A stretch of DNA of 57,975 nucleotides from Vampirovibrionales bacterium. Lineage in GTDB: Bacteria > Cyanobacteriota > Vampirovibrionia > Vampirovibrionales > JAGQHJ01. Made by a program: the position numbers and the translations under genes. The DNA is taken from positions 1-57,975 of the forward strand of contig JANWIO010000059.1 of NCBI GenBank assembly GCA_025449835.1. Direction: 5' to 3'. Positions 30,523-39,359 of this stretch are shown here, in pieces (the stretch's first letter is position 1; each line of letters begins with the position of its first letter). Below the pieces are notes generated by a model, which did not search any database, had not been told where the DNA came from, and was given only the letters and a program-made list of their open reading frames with translations.

Positions 30523-32085
30523 ATGATTCAATCCATACCCTTGAGCCAGCCCGTTAAGCCCCGATTTGGAACGACGAAAAAAGCATGCACACGTCGCGGC
30601 TTTTTAAACGCGATGCTGTTGACTGCCGGGATTTCCTTGGTTGGAAATACGGGCATACAAAAACCACTGGTTGCCGATCAATTTACAAAAACTGCTGCAG
30701 CAACACCGGTTTCCAACGAAGATACCCCAAAAACCGCCCAACGCTTTGAGCAACTGGTGGGGCGTTATATCAATGAAGCGCCCGGCACACAGAAAGCATT
30801 GGAAAATTTTCAAAAAAACTTGCAGCTGATTAATCCAAAAGAACTCACACCGGAGTATCAAGGGCTTTATATGCTCTTTGATCATCACCTTCAGCGAAAC
30901 GTTTTTGACTTAGAAGAAGGCGATGCCTTAAAAGACCTTGGGGTCAAGCTGGTTCGTCCGAAAACACTTGAAGATCGACTTTGGAAACATCGAATATACC
31001 CCAAACCTTCAGAAAAGCTTTTAGCTGAAGGAATTGGGAAACGTCGTTATGATGCCCTTTTAAAAATTGATAATTTTGTGAATTTAGATAGCGAAGGGTT
31101 AATTCGCTTGGCAAAATCGCAATATGATGCCATTGAAGCCCAGATGAAAAAAATTGCCAAACAGATTGATCCCAATAAAGACTGGCGAGAAGTTTATCAA
31201 TCGATTCGTAAAGATCATCCCAAACAGGACGAACTTTTAAAAACATATCGGGATGAAGTTCAGAAAGCTCGCACTTTTTTACTGGAGAAAGACTTGGTCA
31301 CGATTCCGCCAGACCATTTGCGTGTCATTGAAACCCCAGATTATTATAAAGATTCAATTCCCTTTGCGGCGTATCTGGGAGGGCCCAATGGCTCTGGCAT
31401 CTTTATGGTGACCACGGTGTTGGACAAAGATCCGGCAAAAGCCGAAGAACAACTGCGAACCCATAATTATGGGTTTATTCCATCCGTGACGGTACATGAA
31501 ACCATGCCAGGGCATCATGTGCAGCATATTCACGACGATTTGGTCAATATTGATGTGACAAATCCCAAACAACAAACCTTTGCCCAGATTTTGGACATGG
31601 TTCCGGAAAGCACCTTTTTTGTGGAAGGGTGGGGCGTTTACAGTGAAGAAATGATGCATGAGCAAGGGTTTTTCAAAAAACCTGAGGTCGAGTTGGTGGC
31701 GATGCGCAATTTGTTGTGGCGGGCCGCACGGGCATGGATTGATCCGCAGGTTCACACCGGAAAGATGAAGTATGATGAAGCCGTTGATTTTCTCGTGAAA
31801 AATGTGGTCATGGAGCGAGATCGTGCAGAAGTTGAGGTCAACCGATACTTTCAGCATCCTTCAGCCGTGGCCAGCTATATGGTGGGAAGCCTTCAGATTC
31901 AGCAACTGCGAAAACAGGTTCAAAATGCGGAAGCCCAACAGTTCAAATTAAAAGCGTTTCACGATAATCTACTCAATGGCAAAGAATTACCGGTGCCGGT
32001 CTTGGCAAAAATGCGCTTTAATCAGGATTTGGTGTTGCAGAATGCACCGATAGCTGTAGAGCAATCGGCTAAAGTGAAACAATAA
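30523..32085 (+). CDS. DUF885 family metalloprotein with twin-arginine (Tat-like) signal
   Basis: HETMPGHHVQ, FVEGWGVYSE, LWRAAR, EVNRY, SYMVG, LKAFHD; TRRGFL plus hydrophobic stretch. Confidence 0.88.
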   Translation: MIQSIPLSQPVKPRFGTTKKACTRRGFLNAMLLTAGISLVGNTGIQKPLVADQFTKTAAATPVSNEDTPKTAQRFEQLVGRYINEAPGTQKALENFQKNLQLINPKELTPEYQGLYMLFDHHLQRNVFDLEEGDALKDLGVKLVRPKTLEDRLWKHRIYPKPSEKLLAEGIGKRRYDALLKIDNFVNLDSEGLIRLAKSQYDAIEAQMKKIAKQIDPNKDWREVYQSIRKDHPKQDELLKTYRDEVQKARTFLLEKDLVTIPPDHLRVIETPDYYKDSIPFAAYLGGPNGSGIFMVTTVLDKDPAKAEEQLRTHNYGFIPSVTVHETMPGHHVQHIHDDLVNIDVTNPKQQTFAQILDMVPESTFFVEGWGVYSEEMMHEQGFFKKPEVELVAMRNLLWRAARAWIDPQVHTGKMKYDEAVDFLVKNVVMERDRAEVEVNRYFQHPSAVASYMVGSLQIQQLRKQVQNAEAQQFKLKAFHDNLLNGKELPVPVLAKMRFNQDLVLQNAPIAVEQSAKVKQ

Positions 32086-32106
32086 TCCCTTTTCTCAAGA
32101 TTAAAA

Positions 32107-32922
32107 TTACGTTTTTGAGACAGGGATAGGCCGTTGCGACTTGGAAATGCCTAGTCCAAAAAGGGCAAAGTCGTATTTTGCCGGATCTTCTGGGCAAAAT
32201 CTGCGAAAGTATTGGGTAATTTCTTCAGCCGTTTTCCAGTCATTGGATTTTCGTCGGGTAATCTTGAATTCACGGGCCATGGTGGCCACGTGGGTATCCA
32301 GTGGGATGATGAGTTCTGAAGGGGGCGTAATATCCTTCCAAAGACCCAGATCGACGCTGTCATGACGAATCATCCAACGTAAAAACATATTAAAGCGTTT
32401 GGCTGCGCTATTTTGCAGTGGGTCGGCCAGCAGGAACTTTAGCCCGTAGGTGCTAGGTGAAGCAATCGTACCGCCTTCTAAAATAACTTGGCGAAACTCA
32501 TGAATACTGGTTTTAAGGCACTGTGTGTTGGTATAAACATCGGTCCAGAGGGCTTTAAGGCTCCCATAGGTTTGATAAACCTCAGAAAGCCGCTGTAGGA
32601 GAAAAAGCAGGTCTGTTTCTGTGTTGAATCGGTAATAAAACCCGTTGAACTGTTTTTTGAGATCTTTGGGAGAAGCCTGCAATAGAGAAGAAACCGGTTG
32701 CTCACCAAAGGGCTGAAAAAGCTGTGTTAGGGTCTCTAAGATTTTTTCACGTCGCCCGTAGCTAAATAGCGCCGCGAGAAAAGCAACCATTTCAGCATCT
32801 CGCCAATCCGGGCTTTGGAGATAGCGATGCGGAAAAGAAATGGGATCGTTGGGAATAAACGCTGGGTTGTTATAACGCTCGCTCAGATCATCCCAGTCTT
32901 GTTTTGAAAGCTTTGAAGGCAT
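32107..32922 (-). CDS. TIGR02757/DUF2400 family protein
   Basis: FI..DPISFPHRY, SAAKRFNMFLRWMIR, LIIPLDTHV, DPAKYDFALFG. Confidence 0.9.
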   Translation of the reverse strand: MPSKLSKQDWDDLSERYNNPAFIPNDPISFPHRYLQSPDWRDAEMVAFLAALFSYGRREKILETLTQLFQPFGEQPVSSLLQASPKDLKKQFNGFYYRFNTETDLLFLLQRLSEVYQTYGSLKALWTDVYTNTQCLKTSIHEFRQVILEGGTIASPSTYGLKFLLADPLQNSAAKRFNMFLRWMIRHDSVDLGLWKDITPPSELIIPLDTHVATMAREFKITRRKSNDWKTAEEITQYFRRFCPEDPAKYDFALFGLGISKSQRPIPVSKT

Positions 32923-33698
32923 TATAAACTCAATTCAAGGCTTACAGGGCAATGATCCGACCCCATCACCCCTTGATGAATGTCCGCATGGGAGAGTTGT
33001 GATTCTAAATTGGGAGACGTAAAGAAATAATCGATGCGCCACCCGACGTTTCGCTCCCGGGCTCGGCTTCGTACATTCCACCACGAATATTGATGCGGTT
33101 CATCCCCATGGACCATCCGAAATGTATCTTGGTACCCTTCATTAACAAATTTATCCATCCAGGCCCTTTCAATGGGGAGAAAACCCGAAATTTTTTCATT
33201 TTCCTTAGGTCGGGCCAAGTCGATGGGTTTGTGGGCCGTGTTGAAATCCCCACAAACAATGAGTTTCTTTCCTTGCGATTTATACTGATTAAATACGTCT
33301 AAAAAGGCGTCGTAAAAGGCCAGCTTGTATTGAAGCCTATCGTCTCCTCGTTGTCCGTTGGGGAAATAGATATTAAACAGTGTGAAATCCGGGTATTCTG
33401 CAATGAGTGTTCGTCCTTCGGTATCAAACGGAGGAACACCAAGGCCTTCTTGAACCTTTAAGGGCGCTTCTTTGGTAAAAATCGCAACGCCACTATAGCC
33501 TTTTTTCTCTGCATGGGTCCAATAAGAAGTATAACCAGGAATATGCATTAAGGCCGGTGTTAAGAGATCACTGCTAATTTTGGTTTCCTGAAGCCCTAGA
33601 ATGTCTGGTTGTGTTGCTTCAACCCATTCTAAAAACCCTTTTTTATGAACAGAGCGGATTCCATTGACATTCCATGAATAAAGTTTTTGTTTTCCCAT
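32922..33698 (-). CDS. xth: Exodeoxyribonuclease III (AP endonuclease)
   Basis: SWNVNGIR, LQETK, GYSGVA, CGDFNTAH, GWRIDY, SDHCPV. Confidence 0.96.
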   Translation of the reverse strand: MGKQKLYSWNVNGIRSVHKKGFLEWVEATQPDILGLQETKISSDLLTPALMHIPGYTSYWTHAEKKGYSGVAIFTKEAPLKVQEGLGVPPFDTEGRTLIAEYPDFTLFNIYFPNGQRGDDRLQYKLAFYDAFLDVFNQYKSQGKKLIVCGDFNTAHKPIDLARPKENEKISGFLPIERAWMDKFVNEGYQDTFRMVHGDEPHQYSWWNVRSRARERNVGWRIDYFFTSPNLESQLSHADIHQGVMGSDHCPVSLELSL

Positions 33699-33916
33699 AC
33701 AGCGGTGACTCCTTGCGACTCAGCATGATAGCTGCTTATACGCTACCACATATTGAGGATGGAAAAAACAAAATAGATTTTGAGGCGTGAAGCAAAGGAA
33801 ATGACTTCTGTAGCCGGGTCCTTTCCCTCCCCGGCACCCCTCCCTCTTTTTGTGGGCTTCGTCCCACGTCCCCTTTATTGTTTTCCTTTTGCACTTCGTT
33901 CCAATTTTTTAAGGCA

Positions 33917-35539
33917 TTACAGAGCTGATTCATTGGGAATATTTCCCGTTAAGGCTTTAAGTTTGGTTTTAAGCTGTAAAACATCGGCTTTAAGCTGCTC
34001 ATATTCTTGTTCTCGTTGTTGTTGCTCAAGTTCAAGCTGTTTTAAATGTTCTGTTTCAGCTTTTTCGTGTTCTGCTTTTTCTTTTTCCAAACGCTCTTGT
34101 TCAGCTTGATCAAGTTTATTCTGCATAATTTGCGCAATCATCTTTTGCTCAAAGGCTGCCTGAAGCTTGTTTTCTTGCGCTAAGAATTTTTCTTTATCCA
34201 CCTGTTTTGCTTCGTCCGGCGTCATCATCGGAATATGCCATAAGTATTCCAGCGCGCCCTTAATGCGTTCGTTAGGAATGATAAAGCTAAAGCCGAAATC
34301 ATCTTTCAGGGTGGCTATACCCAGAAGTTTGCCATTGACCCCACTAAAGGCGCCTCCCCCAGAATTTCCACGATTTATCAACATATCAGAGGCCCAGAAG
34401 GGAGCGATACCATTGGGATATTGTTCTTTATGGCTTAAGATGCCCAAAGTGACTGTATCTTTTCTTCCAATAGGGGTGCCGATGGTAATGAGTGGGTGCC
34501 CCACATCGGTGTTTTCTGTTAAATCCGAAAACTCAGCGGGTTGGGTTAATGAAAGGAATTTGGTGCGTTCTTGTTTCTCGTCTTCAGTACCGTTGGGATC
34601 CCCTGGAACCTTAAGAAGCGCCAAGTCCAGAATATTGCCCTCTGAAAGGGCCTCATTGCCAGCATGGGTTTTGAGAACCTGAGTGGTGAAGGCAGAGTAA
34701 TTCAAAGTGCCAATGTAGGGCGCGACGCAAATAACATGGGGATTATTATCTTGGGCGAGTCCTTGCCACCCTTGCACAACATGGCCCGCGGTCAGTACAT
34801 AAGGCTGCTTGTTTTTATCTTGAATGACAACGCCAGCTCCAATGGGCTTAAGCTCTTGTGTTGCTTCATTATAATCAACGATGGTGACGGTAGAGGGTTT
34901 AATTTTTTGAACAATAGACTCAATCCGACTGGTGCCCAAGGTTTCCTGGAGCTTTTGAATCTCTGCCTTTAAGCCCTGCCCCAGGGTGCTTTGCGCCGCT
35001 TCAAGCTGTGTGTTCGAGGTGGTTAACTGGGACGAGATTTGTTGGGCTTGTGATGACAATTGACCAATGGCATTTGCGTTTCGAGTAATTTCAAAAGGAA
35101 GGCTTCTGAGTCGATTTAAGCGGTTTTCGGCGGAGGACACTCTATCTTCTACCACAAAGTGCCTTTCTGTGGCTTTTGCCTGAAATTCTTGAAGCTGAAG
35201 GTTTAGTTTATTGGAAAGATTGGTTTCCAGGTTTGCCAGTTGCGTTTTTTGATTATTGTTTTCTTCTCGGAGCGTTGAGATAGCTGTTTGAGCGTTCTGC
35301 ATCTCGTGTTGATGGGTTTTACTTTCGAGGGTGGTGTATCCGCCAAGCCCTGCAATGGTGAGGAGCCAGGCTGCCCAAGGGACCACTCGACGGGCTTTCG
35401 ATTTTAGACCGGAAGCTGGATTAGACGCTTTAGATTTTTCACTGGAAGGCTTTTCACCAAATCGGATGCGAGAAGCAGACTGTTTTAAGTGTGTTGAACG
35501 CTGTACCTGGGGTTGAAATTGAATGGGACGTGTCACCAA
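33917..35539 (-). CDS. Membrane-anchored trypsin-like serine protease with coiled coils, no PDZ domain
   Basis: One TM segment, long coiled coil, triad LTAGHV / DLALLK / GNSGG, charged coiled-coil C-terminus. Confidence 0.85.
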   Translation of the reverse strand: MVTRPIQFQPQVQRSTHLKQSASRIRFGEKPSSEKSKASNPASGLKSKARRVVPWAAWLLTIAGLGGYTTLESKTHQHEMQNAQTAISTLREENNNQKTQLANLETNLSNKLNLQLQEFQAKATERHFVVEDRVSSAENRLNRLRSLPFEITRNANAIGQLSSQAQQISSQLTTSNTQLEAAQSTLGQGLKAEIQKLQETLGTSRIESIVQKIKPSTVTIVDYNEATQELKPIGAGVVIQDKNKQPYVLTAGHVVQGWQGLAQDNNPHVICVAPYIGTLNYSAFTTQVLKTHAGNEALSEGNILDLALLKVPGDPNGTEDEKQERTKFLSLTQPAEFSDLTENTDVGHPLITIGTPIGRKDTVTLGILSHKEQYPNGIAPFWASDMLINRGNSGGGAFSGVNGKLLGIATLKDDFGFSFIIPNERIKGALEYLWHIPMMTPDEAKQVDKEKFLAQENKLQAAFEQKMIAQIMQNKLDQAEQERLEKEKAEHEKAETEHLKQLELEQQQREQEYEQLKADVLQLKTKLKALTGNIPNESAL

Positions 35540-35661
35540 CCTATCACTCCTACAATTGTCGATGTTAAAGTCATAACATCAAGGCGGTTGGATTGGAACC
35601 ATTTGGGGAAAGATTGTATAAAATATTTACAAATTTGAATTTAAAATTGAATTTTGGCTTA

Positions 35662-36085
35662 AAAAGCTCCGCCGATTCCGGCTCCGCTGGTGCGGAGGCT
35701 GTCGGGTAAAAATGGGGATAGCAACAAGGGTAAAGAAAGCTTTTCGTAGTATTTTAATAATAAAATCCCTTGTTGCGTAAGGGGCAATGGCCCCTTCGAA
35801 TGCGTCTCTTGCTAAAGAGTGGTGGGCGCTGAGAGGCTCGACTCCCGACACTGCCCCACTCGTCAGGTCTCGTGGGGACCCCTATTCCATTTTTTAAAAG
35901 CTCCGCCGATTCCGGCTCCGCTGGTGCGGAGGCTGTCGGGTAAAAATGGGGATAGCAACAAGGGTAAAGTAAACATTTCGTAGCGTTTTAAAAATTAAAT
36001 CCCTTGTTGCGTAAGGGGCGGCGGCCCCTTCGAATGCGTCTCTTGCTAAAGAGTGGTGGGCGCTGAGAGGCTCGAACTCCCGACA
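35662..36085 (-). repeat. Two ~190-bp tandem copies (35662-35850, 35896-36085) of the tRNA-Val 3' end plus downstream structured sequence
   Basis: Near-identical direct repeats with 234-bp period, each containing the last ~31 nt of tRNA-Val. Confidence 0.95.
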
Positions 36086-36129
36086 TCCTCCTTGTAAGGG
36101 AGGCGCTCTACCAACTGAGCTAAGCGCCC
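36054..36129 (-). tRNA. tRNA-Val(TAC)
   Basis: Reverse complement GGGCGCTTAGCTCAGTTGGTAGAGCGCCTCCCTTACAAGGAGGATGTCGGGAGTTCGAGCCTCTCAGCGCCCACCA; full cloverleaf, encoded CCA. Confidence 0.98.
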
Positions 36130-36310
36130 ACATGTAAAAGGCTCCTAAAAGCATATAAGAATCGGGGGACAAAAATCAATCACATCTCAAAAATGGATTC
36201 TCGGCGTCGATTTTTTGTCACGCTCCCCGGTGGTGGATGGCCTTCTGCGGGCAAGGTGTGATAGGCTGGAATCGCATCCGTCAGAAAATCAAGCGGAATC
36301 GAGAAATCTC

Positions 36311-37174
36311 ATGGCGCTTTTAGGGGCACATATTTCAGCTTCAGGTGGGGTGGATAAAGCCCCACAACGGGCTGCCGATATCGGATGCCAGTCCATGCAG
36401 ATTTTTACCCGAAATCAAATGCGATGGGATGCAAAACCCCTGACCGATGAAGCCGTATCTGGCTATAAAGCGGCCTTAAAAAAGCTTCCTCCATCATTTT
36501 CAGTGATTGTGCATGATTCCTATCTCATTAATCTGGGCTCCCCTGAGCCAGAGAAACTCAAAATGTCTCGTGACGCCTTTTTAGATGAGCTAGAGCGGGC
36601 CGAAAAATTAGGTGTCATGGGGCTGGCCTTTCATCCAGGTGCCCACTTAAACCAAGTTTCAGAGCAGGAGTGTCTAAAAATTGTTTCGGAGAGTCTGAAT
36701 TGGGTGATGCAACAATGTCCCAAGGGAAAGGTCAAAATCTTAATTGAAAACACCGCAGGGCAAGGCAGCACTATTGGGTATCGGTTTGAACATTTGGCTG
36801 AAATTATTGAAGGGACGGATTATCCAGAGCGCCTCGGCGTGTGCTTTGATACCTGCCATGCCTTTGCTGCCGGCTATGATTTTCGAAAAAAATCCAGTTA
36901 TCAGCAGGTTTTTCAGGATTTTGACAACATCATCGGCCTCCAGCGCCTCAAGGCATTTCATTTAAATGACGCCAAAAAGGGATTGAACAGTCGGGTGGAT
37001 CGTCATGAAGATATTGGCTTTGGTCATGTGGGACAAGAAGCCTTTGCATTGTTGGTGAATGATCCCCGCTTTGAGGACATTCCCATGGTGCTGGAAACGC
37101 CAGGAAGTCATCTGGATTATGAAAAAACCCTGGTGTTGCTTAAAAGTTTGGTGAAGGTGCCTCAGCCTTCCTAA
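36311..37174 (+). CDS. nfo: Endonuclease IV (AP endonuclease)
   Basis: LGAHIS, QIFTRN, HDSYLINL, HPG, ENTAGQG, DTCHAFAAG, HLND, DRHE, LETP. Confidence 0.96.
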   Translation: MALLGAHISASGGVDKAPQRAADIGCQSMQIFTRNQMRWDAKPLTDEAVSGYKAALKKLPPSFSVIVHDSYLINLGSPEPEKLKMSRDAFLDELERAEKLGVMGLAFHPGAHLNQVSEQECLKIVSESLNWVMQQCPKGKVKILIENTAGQGSTIGYRFEHLAEIIEGTDYPERLGVCFDTCHAFAAGYDFRKKSSYQQVFQDFDNIIGLQRLKAFHLNDAKKGLNSRVDRHEDIGFGHVGQEAFALLVNDPRFEDIPMVLETPGSHLDYEKTLVLLKSLVKVPQPS

Positions 37175-37178
37175 TCTT

Positions 37179-37550
37179 TCAGGCAGATTCAACGGCAATA
37201 TTGTCCAGGTCAGTGGTTTTATTCCAAAGGGTAATAGGGCCATAAAGTCCAGGGACGAAATTATCGTACCCTTTTAGTTTGAGTTCCCTGAGGGCTTCTT
37301 GAACTTGCCGATCTGTGGTTCCAAAAAGGTCTTTTAAACTGCTCAGGGAGGGTAAAAAGACACAGGTTTTAAACTCCGTTTGATGAATATCGCCAATGAG
37401 TTTGCTGAGATAGCTTGTAATGGCCATCAGCGGATGATGCCATTCAGGACAAAAAGGGGGCATATCCTCAAACTTGAGGACTTTTGCAGAGCGGGCCGGT
37501 TCTATGGGAAGGATAAACTGGAGTGGGGTGTTGTGAGGGGGATGGGTCAT
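37179..37550 (-). CDS. Small protein with GntR-like winged-helix pattern
   Basis: LPSLSSLKDLFGTTDRQVQEALRELKLKG; AAGGAG RBS. Confidence 0.6.
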   Translation of the reverse strand: MTHPPHNTPLQFILPIEPARSAKVLKFEDMPPFCPEWHHPLMAITSYLSKLIGDIHQTEFKTCVFLPSLSSLKDLFGTTDRQVQEALRELKLKGYDNFVPGLYGPITLWNKTTDLDNIAVESA

Positions 37551-37611
37551 CTAAAAGCTCCTTGTTGATACGTTGCGTGGACTGGAAAGTTTGTAAAATC
37601 CAATTAAGCCG

Positions 37612-37911
37612 TTATAGAGAGTGAAACCGGAGGTCTCTTTCGTCTTCCTGAGGCTCTAAAATACTCTGCTGCTCGGTTTCACCTACCTCATCCAGATCGA
37701 GGCCGTTTTGATCCCACACCGCAAACAATCCCATTTTAGAGAGATATGCCAAAGCCTGATTAATGGTATTTTCAGGAGTTTCCTCTGACGTTACCGGATA
37801 AAAAGGAAACGGAAGGAGGGGCCTTTTAAAGTTGTAGGGAAAAAAACTATGAGCAGAGGCAGTCATGATGATTCTCCTTTCATGTAAGGCAGGCAACACA
37901 AGATAATGCAT
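37612..37911 (-). CDS. Hypothetical acidic small protein (start probably ~37866)
   Basis: ORF with AAGGAG RBS before MTASAH. Confidence 0.55.
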   Translation of the reverse strand: MHYLVLPALHERRIIMTASAHSFFPYNFKRPLLPFPFYPVTSEETPENTINQALAYLSKMGLFAVWDQNGLDLDEVGETEQQSILEPQEDERDLRFHSL

Positions 37912-37936
37912 TGAACCACTAATTTGGAATGAGAGG

Positions 37937-38266
37937 CTATCTTACAGCTGCAATGGACTGGAAGGCGTTTTTATCCACATGAAGAATGACGTTTTGATGA
38001 TCCACTTCAAAATAAAACACAGACGGGCCATTTTCCGAATCGGAGTCATCTCGTGAGCCATCCAAATGCAGGGAATTCTCAAAAGAAACATTGGGGTGAT
38101 GAAACCGTTCATAGTCACTCCCAAATTCTGCATTGGATAATTGCTGCCATTCCGTCTTGGTAATAATGGTAGAGTGAGCCTTCTTCGGATTGGTGGCCGT
38201 GGTTTGGTAAGATAAAGTTGGATCTTTTAAGAGGGATGACGCATTTTGTTTGCATTTTTTTTGCAT
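37937..38266 (-). CDS. Hypothetical protein (109 aa)
   Basis: ATG ORF with GGAG RBS, co-oriented with its neighbours. Confidence 0.55.
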   Translation of the reverse strand: MQKKCKQNASSLLKDPTLSYQTTATNPKKAHSTIITKTEWQQLSNAEFGSDYERFHHPNVSFENSLHLDGSRDDSDSENGPSVFYFEVDHQNVILHVDKNAFQSIAAVR

Positions 38267-38462
38267 TCTCTAGTGACTCCGGGGTAATAAGGTGTGTATC
38301 TGCGTAGAGGATGGCAAAGATCTTTTTATCCCAACCGGTTCATCATCTTCGACATTGATAATAATAGTTTAGAGTCCGTTTTACCCCACCAGTATTGCCC
38401 ACTTGGGGGGATTTTTGGGTGAAACCAATTTAGGGAGACGACATGTTTTGGCTCTAAAAACC

Positions 38463-38494
38463 AAAAATAGCCGTAGCAATTCACTACGGCTATT
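38463..38494 (-). terminator. Intrinsic terminator for the KGG genes
   Basis: AATAGCCGTAG-N7-CTACGGCTATT stem with a U-tract on the minus strand. Confidence 0.8.
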
Positions 38495-38544
38495 CAATAG
38501 AGGTACCCTATCACAAGTTTTTTACCTCTCTCGGAAGAGAGATG

Positions 38545-38769
38545 TTAAACTTTAAGGCGTTCTTCGGGGTGTTTCCGAAAGTATTCTGCGGCTTCATGAA
38601 TTTCTTTTCCCCGAATTTCTCCGCCTTTTTGACCGATCTTGGAGTAAAACTCAGGGCCATATTTTTCTTTTACAGTGTTTCCGCCTTTACGTCCGGCTTC
38701 TTGTACCGTCATACCGCCTTTTTTCTCTTTTGATTTAGGTAAGGGTGCTTTTTGCTTTTTTCTTGGCAT
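38545..38769 (-). CDS. KGG-repeat general stress protein (GsiB/Em-like hydrophilin)
   Basis: MTVQEAGRKGG..YGPEFYSKIGQKGG; AAGGAGG RBS. Confidence 0.88.
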   Translation of the reverse strand: MPRKKQKAPLPKSKEKKGGMTVQEAGRKGGNTVKEKYGPEFYSKIGQKGGEIRGKEIHEAAEYFRKHPEERLKV

Positions 38770-38801
38770 AACATGCCTCCTTTGCTTAATGCTTTAGCAA
38801 G

Positions 38802-39008
38802 TTACACTTTCCCGAGTTTTTTAAGCTCTCGAAATCTTTTTGCTTCGGCTTGAACTTTAACGCCCCCTTTTTGACCGATTTGAGAATAAAACTCGGGGCC
38901 ATATTTTTCTTTCACAGTGTTTCCGCCTTTACGTCCGGCTTCTTGTACTGTCATTGGTTTTGATTTTGCAAGCTTTTGTTTGCTGCTTCCCCTTCCTCGT
39001 ACAGGCAT
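38802..39008 (-). CDS. KGG-repeat general stress protein (tandem paralog)
   Basis: MTVQEAGRKGGNTVKEKYGPEFYSQIGQKGG; GGGAG RBS. Confidence 0.85.
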   Translation of the reverse strand: MPVRGRGSSKQKLAKSKPMTVQEAGRKGGNTVKEKYGPEFYSQIGQKGGVKVQAEAKRFRELKKLGKV

Positions 39009-39359
39009 AAACCATATTCTCCCATTGTTTCTAATATCTAACAGATGACATCCCATAATAAGCTTTATCTTTATTTAAATGCATTGGCCTTGTGGACACT
39101 CTTGTATGGAAGACGCATTCACCATAAGAGGGATTTCTGAGCATGCCCATGTTCTGAGATGCCATTTTTCTGTTCAAGGCCTTGGGTAGAAATGATGAAA
39201 GGTATCCTTGGGATGGACCTCGACCATAAGGCCATGGCTTGGTTATTGCAGATTGACCAGGGGGTGAGGTAGAATAGGCTGGCCGATAAAAATGATAGGT
39301 GCCGGGTAAATTGGCGTTTAAACACTAAAAAAATCGGCTTAGAAAGGCTCATTGTACAA

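Noticed and set aside
35662-36085. The tRNA-Val repeat as a CRISPR array or a simple attL/attR pair
   Set aside because: Units are ~190 bp with no short-repeat/spacer pattern, the duplication extends ~160 bp beyond the tRNA, and no integrase is adjacent
35627-36172. ORFs 35627-35851 and 35894-36172
   Set aside because: They are translations of tRNA-Val and its structured repeat, not credible proteins
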